This document shows, in pieces, positions 51,214 to 62,528 of a stretch of 64,000 nucleotides of DNA. The position numbers and the translations under genes were made by a program. Under the pieces are notes generated by a model. That model saw only the letters and a list, made by a program, of their open reading frames with translations. It did no database searches and was not told the DNA's origin. Numbering within the stretch: position 1 is the first letter of the stretch; each line of letters starts with the position of its first letter. Source of the stretch: Basidiobolus meristosporus CBS 931.73 (lineage: Eukaryota; Fungi; Basidiobolomycota); contig MCFE01000229.1 in NCBI GenBank assembly GCA_002104905.1, forward strand, positions 1 through 64,000. Direction: 5' to 3'.

Positions 51214-52455
51214 TGTGGTAATGGAAAGTATTCCATTACTACAATATCTCTAAACCAATATTGCACTCATTTCTTTATTTTGCTTTTTGCTATCGTAACA
51301 CACAAGAGAAAGATCAAGAATTTCCAACTTTGAAGAGCAAATGCTCCAGACCCTGACAAGCAATCCACCCAAGAATATTATGTCATACAGAACACGTAGT
51401 AGCCAACACATGTTTCAAATTACAGCTCATTTGAAGCAGTACTTAAGGAGTTATGACCAAAAGAGTCCAACTATTACATATACTATGCCTTATTGCTAGG
51501 ATTACTATGTTGACTTTGATCGCATGTAACTTTTGAACCAGTTAATCAAATCACGTGATATTCTCACAGCTGCTGCGCCTATGTCCGATCTGCGCCACTG
51601 CAAAATTTTAGCTTTGTATCACGTGTATTGCTTGCGCAATCACCCAAAAACTTTGATCCTTCAAAATTATCATATATATGACTTCCCCAGCTGAAAAATA
51701 AAGAGAGAGCCTCTCTTTCCAGAATCTCCACACTACAATTACAAGTTTAAAGGTTATAAGACTTCCCCTGCATCACTTGCACTGTTGAGTATTCCGACTT
51801 TGATTGGTACTACATCAGTAAAGAGACTGCAAAGCTCACAAGAATCCAATCTAAGTTCTACAAGAAACTACCACTTTTCTGTCGGAAAAGTCCCCTCTAA
51901 GAAACCCCTTTACTCTAAAGACACCCCTTTAGACACCCCTTTAGTCTAAAGACCCCTTTAGAGACCCCTTTAAGAAATCCCTTTACTCTAAAGAAGCCCC
52001 TTTAGGCACCCCTTTAGTGTAAAGTCCACTTTAGAGACCGCTACAAGAAGCCCCTTTACTCTAAAGACACCCCTTTAGACACCCCTTTAGTCTAAAGACC
52101 CCTTTAGAGACTTCTACAACACACCCCTTTAGGTTAAAGGAGAGTTCAGAATTTCCATGTTAGGAAATATTTTCTCAGAAAGGAAAGTGACTTCCAAATA
52201 AGGAAAAGTTACTATAAAAGTAAATAAGCCCATTAGTCGACAGAAGGTCAGAACACTGCTGTAGAAGTGATAAACACTGCCTACAGTATATTTTGAGCCC
52301 AAGATTGAGGAAATTAGTGAAAGTTATATCTTCTATTGGTATATCAAACTCCCAATAAACTATTTCAGTATTAGCATACTGGAAGTTGTTGTATATTGTT
52401 GATTAGCCTCTACATTGTAGAACAAGCCCCAAACTAATCATAATACAACACAACA
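51214..52455 (+). mobile_element. Solo LTR, 1242 bp, of a further family
   Basis: TGTGGTA...CACAACA with GAAG at 51210-51213 and 52456-52459. CACGTG motifs and TATATAT at 51673-51679 suggest + orientation. Confidence 0.8.
51885..52135. repeat. Minisatellite with CCCCTTTA(G) core and ~74-bp higher-order period
   Basis: About 15 variants of the core. The block AAGAAxCCCCTTTACTCTAAAGA recurs near 51899, 51973 and 52047. Confidence 0.85.
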
Positions 52456-53475
52456 GAAGGTCTGTTAATCCTCACTGGGAAGGTATCCAAAATACTCCTG
52501 ATATGGAACCTGTTGCTGAACACTCTGGGATATGGAAGTCTATTGGAGCTTCTGAACCTAGTATTCCAAGCTTGCTCTAAGTCATTCATACCCTCTGCAA
52601 GGTGGTTCTCCATTGCTGTCAGCTGGGAATGAAAGCTTCTAGGACTTTTGTTGCCATGGATGGTGGGATGAAACCTGGTAGGGCAATAGTTCTTGTAATA
52701 GCAGAAAAGCTTGACAAGGGATCTCCTTGAGTAGATTGGGGTTGATGGTCCACAGTACTTGGAATAGATCTCCTCTAGTGTGTCAAAAGGAAATCCAGTG
52801 GTAGTGATGGGATTGATGAGAAAAGACCATTCAGATGAGTAAGTCATATTAAAATTGGTGGATGATTGTATTAAGGCGGTTTGAATCGATTTGGCACAAT
52901 CCACCTTATTTATCTGATTTTTAATACATTATGGTTAAATCTCCATCAATTGCCATGAATCCCATCATTATGTCGCAAAAATCATCCGCAAACAATGCCT
53001 TAGTACTTTTATTGATGCTTTAATCATAGGTCTATAATCAAATAGGAAATCTGCAATTGATGTGATCTGATCCGTGTCAACGCAATCCAAGATGCATCAT
53101 GCATAATATATGGAAAATTCAACAATCACAATAGTTTTCATATATATTTCATATAAGACCAGGTTGATGCCAATATACTGCTGTATAAGTATCCAAATCC
53201 GTTGCTATGGTCCCCATACCAAGCCTCAACTCATCTTTAGTACAACCCAGACAAAACCCATCCCCCAGCTCACAAGTGCGGTTTGGACCGGAAAAGTCAA
53301 TGTTGGATCCGTTTGAGTTCTTGCCAAATGATTTATTATGGCCCAAGTGTCTATGATGAGCCTTCATACAGATATTTGGGCACTACTGATTAATCTAGCA
53401 GAACTAGATACCTCAGAGAGTTGATAAAGATGGAAGAATCTGAGTAGAAAGCTGTGGCATGAGTTCTACATCAAG

Positions 53476-54453
53476 ATGCCAGCCGATGTATGTAAAAAGA
53501 TATATAACAAGACAAGTATTGAAATCAAGAATGAGCTGAGAGTGAGGGGATTTGACAAAGAAGCCGCGCGGGAGCGATTTTGCGCACAATTTGCACAGTA
53601 CGGGCCGGACGCGTCTGTTTGTGCCTCAACTTTGGGAACCAAAGAGATTTTGAATGAGTTTTTGCCTCAAATGACTAATGTACTACGTGATATATTAGTA
53701 GAGCTAAGTGGCTTCCAAGAGCAATATACACAGGACTCATCCAGGCAACAGCTCCAAAGTATCAGACAGAGGGTAAGTGAATACCTTGAGGAATCAGATG
53801 GTGAGCTTCAGGAGGAATAATACAGACCGCAAGCAGCATCATCCAGATTGCGCCAGCACACCTCACTAGATTCCCTACCATCTCTTGCAACCACAGCGCA
53901 CCAATGCACGTCAGTCCAGAGTACGCCAACACCCTTTACCAGAACGCCTTGCATTGAGTCAACGCGCGTCGGGTCAACGCGTGCGCTTCAGAGCAAAACT
54001 ACAAGAACTTGCCAAACTGCTCATTTAGACACAAGTCCATTGGAGCGGACCAAGTCGCGTCAACTTGCAGCATCACATCAAACTCAGCCAAGGGCCATCT
54101 CAACGCGTCAAGGCGCGCCTGCGCATGCCGTTTTGCCTGACCATCAGCGAGTTACTTCTGGTGAACTGACTGATGATGACCAACATGAAGTGCCTCAACC
54201 ACCGGAGCCCTTGGCAAGTAAAAGAACGCGTCAGCGCATGGCACTACAGGCCGGTTCAGTTGGTTCAGTTGGAGCAATTAAGCGCGGCCAAGCTGTAGCA
54301 TTGCACTCATCAACTAGGAGGCAAAATACTGACTACAAATACACAAGTAGCCAAGATGATAGTCAGCCAGGAAATAGTATAGGTGTGCAAAGTGAGTCAA
54401 TACCAAATGCTTCAGTAGTAATCCCTGCGAGAAAAAAACCCAGGAGAAGATGA
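53476..54453 (+). pseudogene. ORF2 of the PHIS element (~325 codons, one internal TAA), unknown function, C-terminal NLS-like RKKPRRR
   Basis: ORFs 53476-53820 and 53848-54453 share a frame. The TAA at 53818-53820 reads GAA in copy A (GAGGAAGAATAC near 49402). Confidence 0.7.
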
Positions 54454-55457
54454 TGCGATTGCTTTGAATTGCTCACATGTGTAATGATCCTGACAACCCT
54501 TTTTTTTTGCGATCTGAATCAAGCCATCGCAAATCAGTGATCATCAAATTTTTGATATAAGTAATATCAAGGTCGTCTCACATTTGAGACAGAACCCCTA
54601 TAAATAAACACCCTGCATATATATACGTCATCTGTAATACCAGTGCAGCTATTGGATCTGTTTTGCACCTACACAATTGCTTGCATGCTGGCTATGACAC
54701 CTTGTCCAATCACTAGGATCAGGGATTTACTTGCTCAATGAGCAAAATGGGATATTTGATGGCAAATCAGGTAGGTTTTTTAGTAGTCAATGAGCCAATT
54801 GGGGGCTGCCAGCTTCAGGATACTTTTGGACCAATTAACCACTGAGATACCGTCCAATTGGAGTGAGGGTAACCAAAATGGTAAGTATTAGTGTAGTTTA
54901 TAGTGTGATACACATTTATTTCCATTTACATTAAAGAAACATATCCAAATACCGGATTTTACCTGCCATAATGGCGGTATCTGATCGCGCACGTGATGCC
55001 AACATTACGAGTTGGCGCAATTATCCGTTCCAACCTCATCATGTCAGATTGTGCCATAGTGTGCAAGATCGTCCCGCATAGTGCGAAATTGTCTAAGAAC
55101 AATCCTTCCTTCTGGTAGCTATAATATTGCACCCAATTGTTATTTACAACCGCGGATCACGCCGCACGCCCTGGCACGGTACAATGGAACAAGTCTAATG
55201 ACTATATGAATAAACTTGTCTGTGGGAGGTATGTTAACTCTACTACATACACCCCCCACTTGAGCTAAAAAGTTCCCTGAAACTTTTTAGCTAACCACTG
55301 TAAGTTTGGAGAACAAAGTGCTCTCTCAGTCATCCTCAATGAAGCCACCTGTCTTTTCTTGGGATAGAAATCTACATGATGTCATTGATTGGATATTGTT
55401 TGAGTCCACACCACAGAAGGTTGCTGTTAGTCCTAGGCTCTCTGAGTATATAGTATA

Positions 55458-57180
55458 TCATGCTGAACCATCTGGGTAGTTCACTGCAGTTGCTCTTGCT
55501 TTCACCTCCCATGGTCTTCCAAGAAGTAATTCAAAGTTAGCCTTTGCACAAATGAATACTGGGATCTGATGGGGTATTCCTTCAATGATGAGAGGGAAGC
55601 TGTGAATAATTCCTAAAAGCTTTGATTGCCCTGAGTTGGCATCCTTCATGCTCCAATTGATATTGATGTCTATGGGCAATAGGTCTTTGCATGGTAGTTG
55701 TTTCCAAGCCTCCAAAGGCATCACACATATCTCAGATCCACTGTCTATATGACATAAGATTTCTTGATTATGCACAGTTCCTGTAGTTGTTGCAGTTGCC
55801 ACAGAATAGTAGTGCTTCTGGCTTTGATGCAGCTTACTGATATCTTGGCTTCCTTGAACTGTCCTGACCTGGTTGCCTTGGGTTGCTTCAATTGGATGCT
55901 TGCTTATTCTGATGTGCTCATCCAGAGTCTTTCTTACAGATGGTGATACACTGAGTAGCTCTCCAACCTTGATTGATATGTTGCTTCCTGGTATATGACT
56001 TGTCAGAGCCTCTGGGGTACCATTTTGCTTGACTCTAGGCTGCATGTGGTAGTTGTTGGCCTTGGCAGACTCTTGTAAAATTAAAGGGGGTAATGCTTTC
56101 TACTCAATCACAACTTCTGGCTCACATCTTGGTACTTTTGTTGCTGGGCCTGGATTAGCCATTTTTTCTGGATGGTGTCTCTTTGAAGTATAAATTGAAG
56201 CTATATGATCTTGGGCCTCTCTGGGGTCCTCATAGTCAAAGTTCAGAACTTCAGCTGGATCAAAGTAGTCAGGATCTTCTTCTTGATGGAGGTGCACCTT
56301 TATTGTATGAGGTGACTTGCTTGTAGTGAACTCTCATTCCTCCTTGTCCAAATGCTGTGGATAATTTGTCACCATGCTTACTGACTATGTATCCCTGAGG
56401 AGTACATAGGACATCACCTGTGGATAGTAATGACTGAAGCTCTTGGCAATTTTTCTTGGAATGGTTGGCAGAGTCACACCACATGCATGTATATTTGACT
56501 ACTTTCTCTACTGGCATCTGCCCATATGCTTTGCTGGCAAGTAGCAAAGAGAGTTTCTCTAGTTGCTGTCTCAGCTCCTGAATTTGAGTGCTTTGATTAC
56601 TGGGATTAAGTAAGTCTTAGCTATCTTGGTTTTGTGCTGAGCATGAAAGAAGCTTTTGGATTGGCAAGATTTCTTCAGGGGCAAGTAGAATCTGCTTAGC
56701 TAACTGAAATGAAGGCAGTGAACTCTTAGCTTTCACAGTAGGATTGTTTTCAATCCTTCTCACCAGGTCTTCTGGTAGTGATTTGAGAAGATAGGCAGAT
56801 AAAGTGAGATCAGTGATAACACCTTGGGCTTTCAGTGACTCTCCAATTTGCTCAAGGCCACTCAAGTATTCTTTCAATGGTAGCAGCTTAAACTGACTAT
56901 AAGCAGAGGTCTCCAAGTCTTGAAGTGTGTAGTCAACTTGTCTCTCTCCATATTCATCAATTAAGTAGCTCTTCAAGAGGGTACAATTTGTCAGCAGATC
57001 ATTTCTTTCATATAATGAGAGCATGATCTCATCAGTGCTGTATGGGGGCATCTCTTCAGCCATAATGGCCTCAGGTATTTTGTGGGCTCTGCAGAAAAGC
57101 TCCCACCTCTTGATGAAAGCTTTAACTTTAGTTCCATCAAAGAAAGGGGTTCCTTGCATTCCTGGTGAAGGTAGATCCAT
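55458..57180 (-). pseudogene. Gag (DUF4100-like CMWCDS..H...C knuckle) and aspartic protease remnants
   Basis: ORFs 56617-57180 (PFFDGTKVKAFIKRWE), 56269-56547 (CMWCDSANHSKKNC) and 55458-56045 (HIDSGSEICVM, LLLGRPW). Confidence 0.8.
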
Positions 57181-57233
57181 GGTCTTGATAATTTGTTCTT
57201 TCTTAAGTCTTCTAGGGGCAGCTCAGTCAAACC

Positions 57234-57250
57234 CCCCACATTGGGTGCCA
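57234..57250 (-). promoter_or_regulatory. Primer-binding site, tRNA-Lys(1,2) type, CpG-decayed
   Basis: TGGCACCCAATGTGGGG versus the retroviral Lys1,2 PBS TGGCGCCCAACGTGGGG. Both mismatches are at CpG sites. Confidence 0.8.
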
Positions 57251-58753
57251 AATATGTGGTGGTATAGAGGTACTACTGGGAGAAGCTACACAACTCAAGG
57301 TGTGTGAGGTGTCTGATGGGTGCAATAACCTGTGTCTAAACTGCTGGTGTCTTGGTCAATATGTCACTATGGTAAAAGCTCCTGCTTCTCTAGCTTCCTA
57401 GGTGCTTCAAGTGTCTCCAAAGGCCTCTGTGTGTCTTATGCACTACCCTGAAAAGCTCCTTGATGGCAGATCTCAGATGTACTGCTGAAGGCAGGTGCAG
57501 TGATCAACTGCTAGTCAATAAGGGAGAAGTGTTACGGATATAAGTATATCATAATGACTATATGAGTAAACTTGTCTGTGGGAGATATGTTTACCGTACG
57601 ACAGTGTCTTAACAAAAGTATGTGCTGGGTTCAGTGTCCTTTGAGATAACAATGTACTAAAGCTTCCAAAGTCAAAACAACTGTAAACTCCACTAGCAGG
57701 GACTTGATAAGAATGCAGCTGTGGTCAATAGTTACAAAGACAGAAAAGTATCTTTGCCTGTACAAGAACGAACCTGGGAAAGAATCAAATATAATAAAAG
57801 ATACCTACTCTGAGTATTCCTCACAAGTAGTGCCTTCAAGGTCAGTTGGCTGTCAGCGTGGTTTTCTGGGAGTGTCCTGCGGTCTGGGGTTGGAAGTTCA
57901 GGTAGCAGCAGGTAGCAGCGATCACACTAATCAACAAGTCAGTATATTGATAAATGGGATGATGATTTATTGTTGAGGGATAGCCTCTGTTATATACTTT
58001 TCTTACCGGCTAAGTGATTACTAATCATGGTGTTCCAGAAGGTTCCAGACATCAATAGAAATCCTAATGACATCAGAATGACCTAAGAATGTTCTAAGTA
58101 GGTGCCAGAAGGTTCTAAGAGGCACAGCACATCCAACCAATCAGGAATCAGTATTGTGAAACCTGTGTAACATAGGGATACTATAAGTGGTATGGAAATG
58201 GTAGGGATGGTGATATGCAATAAGGTAAGCAGGTGTGATGGTCAACCGGCTTATGGGATAGTATTAATCAGGTAAGACAAATGAGATATAACTAAAATAA
58301 GTGTAGTAGAGATATAGGGAAGTAGAAAATATGGGAATGAACACATCTGTCAGTGGGTGCCACTGTCACCCCACTACAGTGCATGCTTCAGAGCAAAACC
58401 ACCAGAACTTGACAAACTGCTTATTTAGACACAAGTTCATTGGAGCAGGCTAAGTTGAGTCAACAAGCAGCATCACATCAAACTCAGCCAAGGGCCATGC
58501 CAGCGCATCAAGTTGCACCTGCAGAATTGCTGTTATTTGTCATGATCCAAACAACACATTTCTTTTGCAATCCAAATTGGGCCATTGCAAACCAGTGATC
58601 ACTAAATTTTTGATATAAGCAATATCAAGGTTGTCTTATATATGAGACAGAACCCAAATAAATAAACACCCGGCATATATATACATCATCTGTTGCACCT
58701 GTGCAGCCATTTGGTCTGTTTTGCACCTATTTAATTGGTTGCATGCTAGCTAT

Positions 58754-59102
58754 TGTTGTAAAAGTTTGTAATTCCACCAGAATATTCACCTAACTTAGTC
58801 ACTTAGATCATTACCTTCAAATCCTAGAGAATACTGACCAAATTCCTTGTTGTGATTTACTTAGAATATTTTCACTAGAATACCAGGTACCCAGAACATG
58901 AAAATTCTCAAAGTTGTTCAAACAGCCCCAAACTGTGCACACATGCTCTTGGGACCTTCCTTAATCTTTTTTACATGTTTGTAATGCCAGGACAATGTAA
59001 AAGTATAAATACTACTTTCACATTCAATAAATCATTAAGTGAAAACCACATAATCTAATTGTTCTCCCAGTCACTTCCAATATCTCCAAGACTCTTACAA
59101 CA
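58754..59102 (+). mobile_element. Solo LTR, Copia family 2 (349 bp)
   Basis: TGTTGTAAAAG...CTTACAACA with TSD GCTAT on both sides. The empty site is seen in copy B (GCTGGCTATGACACC). Matches 63494-63841. Confidence 0.9.
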
Positions 59103-59719
59103 GCTATGACACCTTGTCCAATCACTAGGATCAGGAATTTACTTGCTCAATGGGCAAAATGGGATATTTGATGGCAGATCAGATAGCTTGTGAATTGGTC
59201 AAAGAGCCAATTGGGGGCTGACAGCTTCAGGAAACTTTTGGACCAATTAACTGCTGAGATACCATTCAGTTTGAGTGATGGTAACCAAAATGGTAAGTAT
59301 CAGTGTAATATATAGGGTGATACACATTTACTCCCATTTACACTAAAGAAACATATCCAAATACTGGATTTTACCTACCATAATAGTGGTATCCAATTGC
59401 ACATGTGATGCAAACATTATGTGTTGGCACAATCATTTGTGCCCACCTCATTGTGTCAGATTGTGCCATAGTGTGCAAGATTGTCCCACATGGTGCAAAA
59501 TTGTCCAAGGGCAATCCTACCTACTGATAGCTATAATATTGTGCCCAATTGTTCTTAGAGACCACTGATTGCACCGTGTGCCCTGGCATGGTAAACAGAA
59601 CAAGTCTAATGTTGTATCCTAACTGATTTTCCTTAACCCAAACATAAATAATCTCAATCAAGATTTATTGCATCCTGTATCTGGATCTATTTTTTGCTGT
59701 CACAACAGATCAATTTTTA

Positions 59720-60260
59720 TGTGGTCATTACATCATCCACTGATTTTACAAGCCTTTCCAAGTGATTAGTTGTCTGAGATCTATCCAACTATTTAGCAGT
59801 TGCCAAGCACTGACTCCATTGCTGAATCCATTTGGGAACTGACCAACTAGAGCAGCATTGCCTCAAAAGTCTGAGCCACTTGCTAGTAGCTGGAACTCAG
59901 ATGCGTGCACTGATTAAGGTCTGCTTGCTTGATTCAGGATCTTGGTCTTGTTGGCAGCAGCTCTAGCTTGTTCAACTCTTCTAAAGGCTAGCTTCATATC
60001 TGTGAGAAGGTGTGAGAAACATTGAGTACAGGGGAGTTGGTTTCTGCTACAGGGGAGAACTATATCTGGGCATTACTGGTGACCAGATTAGAAATATAAC
60101 CAACTTTGCTTGAACTGTTGAGACACAATTTGGTCAGAGTGGCAATGAAGCCTTAGAACCAATATTGGGAGCAGCTGACCTTGGTAGTGGAAGTAATCTT
60201 GCAATCATGATAACAGGGAGCTTGGATGTTTTGCTGAGCATTGTTGGTAGGAATCTTAGC
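59720..60260 (-). pseudogene. Highly decayed Ty3/Gypsy gag fragment related to 11993-12889
   Basis: GATCTTGGTCTTGTTGGCAGCAG resembles 12463-12485 (ARxAANK.K.L.Q). Limits are approximate. Confidence 0.55.
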
Positions 60261-60289
60261 AGCAGAATTTCTGAAATTATTTCTCACAG

Positions 60290-60420
60290 TGCATGTTAAG
60301 GAAGGTCCCAAGAACATGTATGCAAAGTTGAGGACAGTGTGACAACTTTGAGGAATTCCCTGTTTTGGGTACCTGTAAGTTTAGGTGAAGTTATGAAGTA
60401 TTCAAGGGCACTGATCAGGC
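60290..60420 (-). repeat. Fragment of Copia family-2 LTR
   Basis: GGAAGGTCCCAAGAACATG..CAACTTTGAG matches 62053-62110. Confidence 0.55.
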
Positions 60421-61049
60421 AGAATTATTGTTACAAAGTTCCCTGGTATTCAAACACATGCACTGTCCTGTTCTTATTTAATCATGTCTATTGATGGACC
60501 TGTGGCTGAATATATTCCATAATCTGATGTCATTGTTCAAAAAATCTTTTGTTTTCATTGAGCAGAGCATCCCTAGGCCTGAGATACCTCTTAGCTCTGG
60601 TATTGTAGTGTCAGTATTCCTTGTTTGCATTGTAGTGCTCAAAAATATGCATTTAAACTTTTTTGGCCCACATTTTGACTGATTTCTAGGCAGTTTCTTA
60701 GCAATTCCTGAGCAACCTGATACTATTTGGTGCTCTTCCTTTGGTTAACATACATACCAGGTGTCAAGTGAGTATAACTATCATACAGCTTGCTGTAACT
60801 CTTATGTTCAAGATATGCAGCAATTCCAACTAATTTTACCCAATATTGAAGTAATGTTTTTTATCTTGGATTATTGTTGTACAACAGCATATTATACTTA
60901 GCCAACTTTACCCCATTAAATAATCCAGTACCCTAACTGACTTTCCCTAACCCAAGCATAGTTAATCCCAGTTATGGTCTACTTTATCCCATTGCAAATT
61001 CTACTTTTAGCAGTTATACCTGATCAATTTCATATAGGCATTACATCCT

Positions 61050-61654
61050 TGGCTGATCTTCTAAGCTTTTCCAAGTAATTAGTCATTTGAAATATATCAA
61101 ACCACTTGGTAGTTGCAAAGACATCAGCTGATTGATCATGCAATTTTCATATATCTTATGCACCTATTAACACCAAAATTGATTTCATTTAATCCAGTCT
61201 CTTGGTGCTTACTAAGTCAACTTGATCAGGAAAGTGTAATTATGGCTTGCTGAACCTTTTGGTCTAGTATGTGTGTCTCAGCAAAATTCAGATTGTGTCT
61301 CCACAATAATAATAGTTCCACAATTGTTCTAGTTTCTACCTAAGCCTAACATATCTAGCACTCTCAAGATCACCAACTCTAGCCTTCATAGCAAACTAAC
61401 TCCATTGCCCATGTAGCAAAACCCAGCTATATATATGGCCAATATTAGACAAGAGTCTCTGTGCTAATATTTCCACCATGCTCTGACATTTCTAAGATCC
61501 TGCACTTAATTATTCTTTTGGTTCAGTTAAACCATTTAAGAGCTTTGTTGCATTTTTCTCTTGGATACAATAATCATAGATCTTGTCACAACAAGTGTAG
61601 ATTGCTTTACAGGCTCTGAAACCTGATTTTACTGTGGGGAGTATGTTGCAGAGG
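61050..61654 (-). pseudogene. Possible 3' end of a non-LTR retrotransposon ORF2, heavily decayed; appears to continue at 63399-63493
   Basis: Stop-riddled frame W..FAMKARVGDLESARYVR..C..LRH loosely resembles the region before a LINE C-terminal zinc knuckle. Pattern impression only. Confidence 0.3.
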
Positions 61655-61910
61655 TGTAGTGTGGTTGCAGTGACACCCACTGACAGATGTGCTCATTTGC
61701 ATATTTTATACTTCCCTATTTTTCTACTACCCTTATTTTAGTTTCATTCCATTTGTCTTACCTGATTAGTACTATCCCATAGGCTGGCTGAATATCACAT
61801 CTACTTACCGTATTGCATAAGTTATCCCACACTTTATATAAGATAACTTGATGTAAGTGCTTCTGTATTAGGCAGGCACCTGCGTCAGTATCTGTGACAC
61901 ATGACCAAAC

Positions 61911-62256
61911 TGCTCTAAGAGTCTTGGAGATATTGGAAGTGATTGCAAGGGCAAGTAGATTATGTGGTTTCACGTAATGATTTAATGAATGTAAAAGTAG
62001 TGTTTATACTTTAACATGGTCTTGGCATAACAAACATGTAGAATAGGCTAAGGAAGGTCCCAAGAATATGTGTGCAAAGTTTGGGGCTGTTTGGACAACT
62101 TTGAGAATTTTCATGTTCTGGGTATCTGGTATTTTGGTGAAAATATTCCAAGTAAATCCTAACAAGGGATTTGGTCAGTATTCTCTTGGATTTGAAGATA
62201 ATGATCTGTGACTATGTTAGGGGAATATTAAGGTGGAATTACAAATTTTTACAACA
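61911..62256 (-). mobile_element. Solo LTR, Copia family 2 (346 bp)
   Basis: Reverse complement of 63494-63841. TSD CAAAC at 61906-61910 and 62257-62261. Confidence 0.88.
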
Positions 62257-62528
62257 CAAACTGTGCCACCATCCTTACTATCTTCATACCATATGTGGTA
62301 TCCCTTTGTTACAAAGGTTTCAAAATACTGATTCCTTATTGGTTGGGTGTGCTGTGCCTCTTAGAACCTTCCAGCACCTACTTAGAACATTCTGAGCTCA
62401 TTCTGATGTCATTTTGATTTCTGTTTGACCTCTGGAACCTTCTGGAACACCATGATTAGTAATCACTTTGCCAGTGAGAAAAGTATATCAGGGAGGCAAT
62501 CCCTTAGCAATAAATCATCATCTATTTT

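Larger units (their letters stand above)
50717..52904 (-). pseudogene. DDE_Tnp_4-like transposase of copy B, split by a solo LTR
   Basis: ORF 52434-52904 ends ILDTFPVRINRPS. After removing 51214-52455 and one TSD it continues RGQRHFYSDKYKAH..KFQ..MADLAYIG..RVEHTFGYLK, so the D, D and E residues are present. The true start codon is uncertain. Confidence 0.88.
50534..55196. mobile_element. PHIS-superfamily DNA transposon, copy B (younger, complete termini)
   Basis: TIR AGACTTGTTCCGTTG / CAATGGAACAAGTCT (14 of 15). TSD AAT at 50531-50533 and 55197-55199. Transposase on -, ORF2 on +. Confidence 0.9.
49778..57603 (-). mobile_element. tRNA-Lys-primed Ty3/Gypsy-type element carrying gag-protease only
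   Basis: 5' LTR at 57255-57603, PBS at 57250-57234, gag and protease remnants, PPT AAGTGGGGGG at 55261-55252. The 3' LTR is split into 55197-55247 and 49778-50533. Flanks GCAT/GTGT sit at a host site that reads GCGT in the 9143 copy. Confidence 0.85.
49573..58378 (-). mobile_element. Solo LTR of the L1071 family split into 49573-49777 and 57604-58378
   Basis: Both parts match 9143-10213 consecutively. Flanks are GCGC (49569-49572) and GTGC (58379-58382). Confidence 0.85.
47886..59607. mobile_element. PHIS-superfamily DNA transposon, copy A (old; outermost layer of the nest)
   Basis: Degenerate left end AAACCTCTTCCATT, right end AGAACAAGTCT, and AAT at 47883-47885 and 59608-59610. Pieces 47886-49572, 58379-58753 and 59103-59607 are colinear with copy B. 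Confidence 0.82.

Noticed and set aside
51885-52135. Telomere-like repeat
   Set aside because: The core is CCCCTTTA/TAAAGGGG, not CCCTAA(A)/T(T)TAGGG. Units are irregular and lie inside a TSD-flanked solo LTR.
51885-52135. CRISPR-like array
   Set aside because: There are no unique spacers, no constant repeat length and no cas genes, and the context is eukaryotic.
59611-59760. 5' continuation of the orphan ORF across PHIS copy A, read with TGA as Trp
   Set aside because: The joined frame contains two TGA and one TAG codon and runs into a Gypsy gag remnant. I could not support it by eye.
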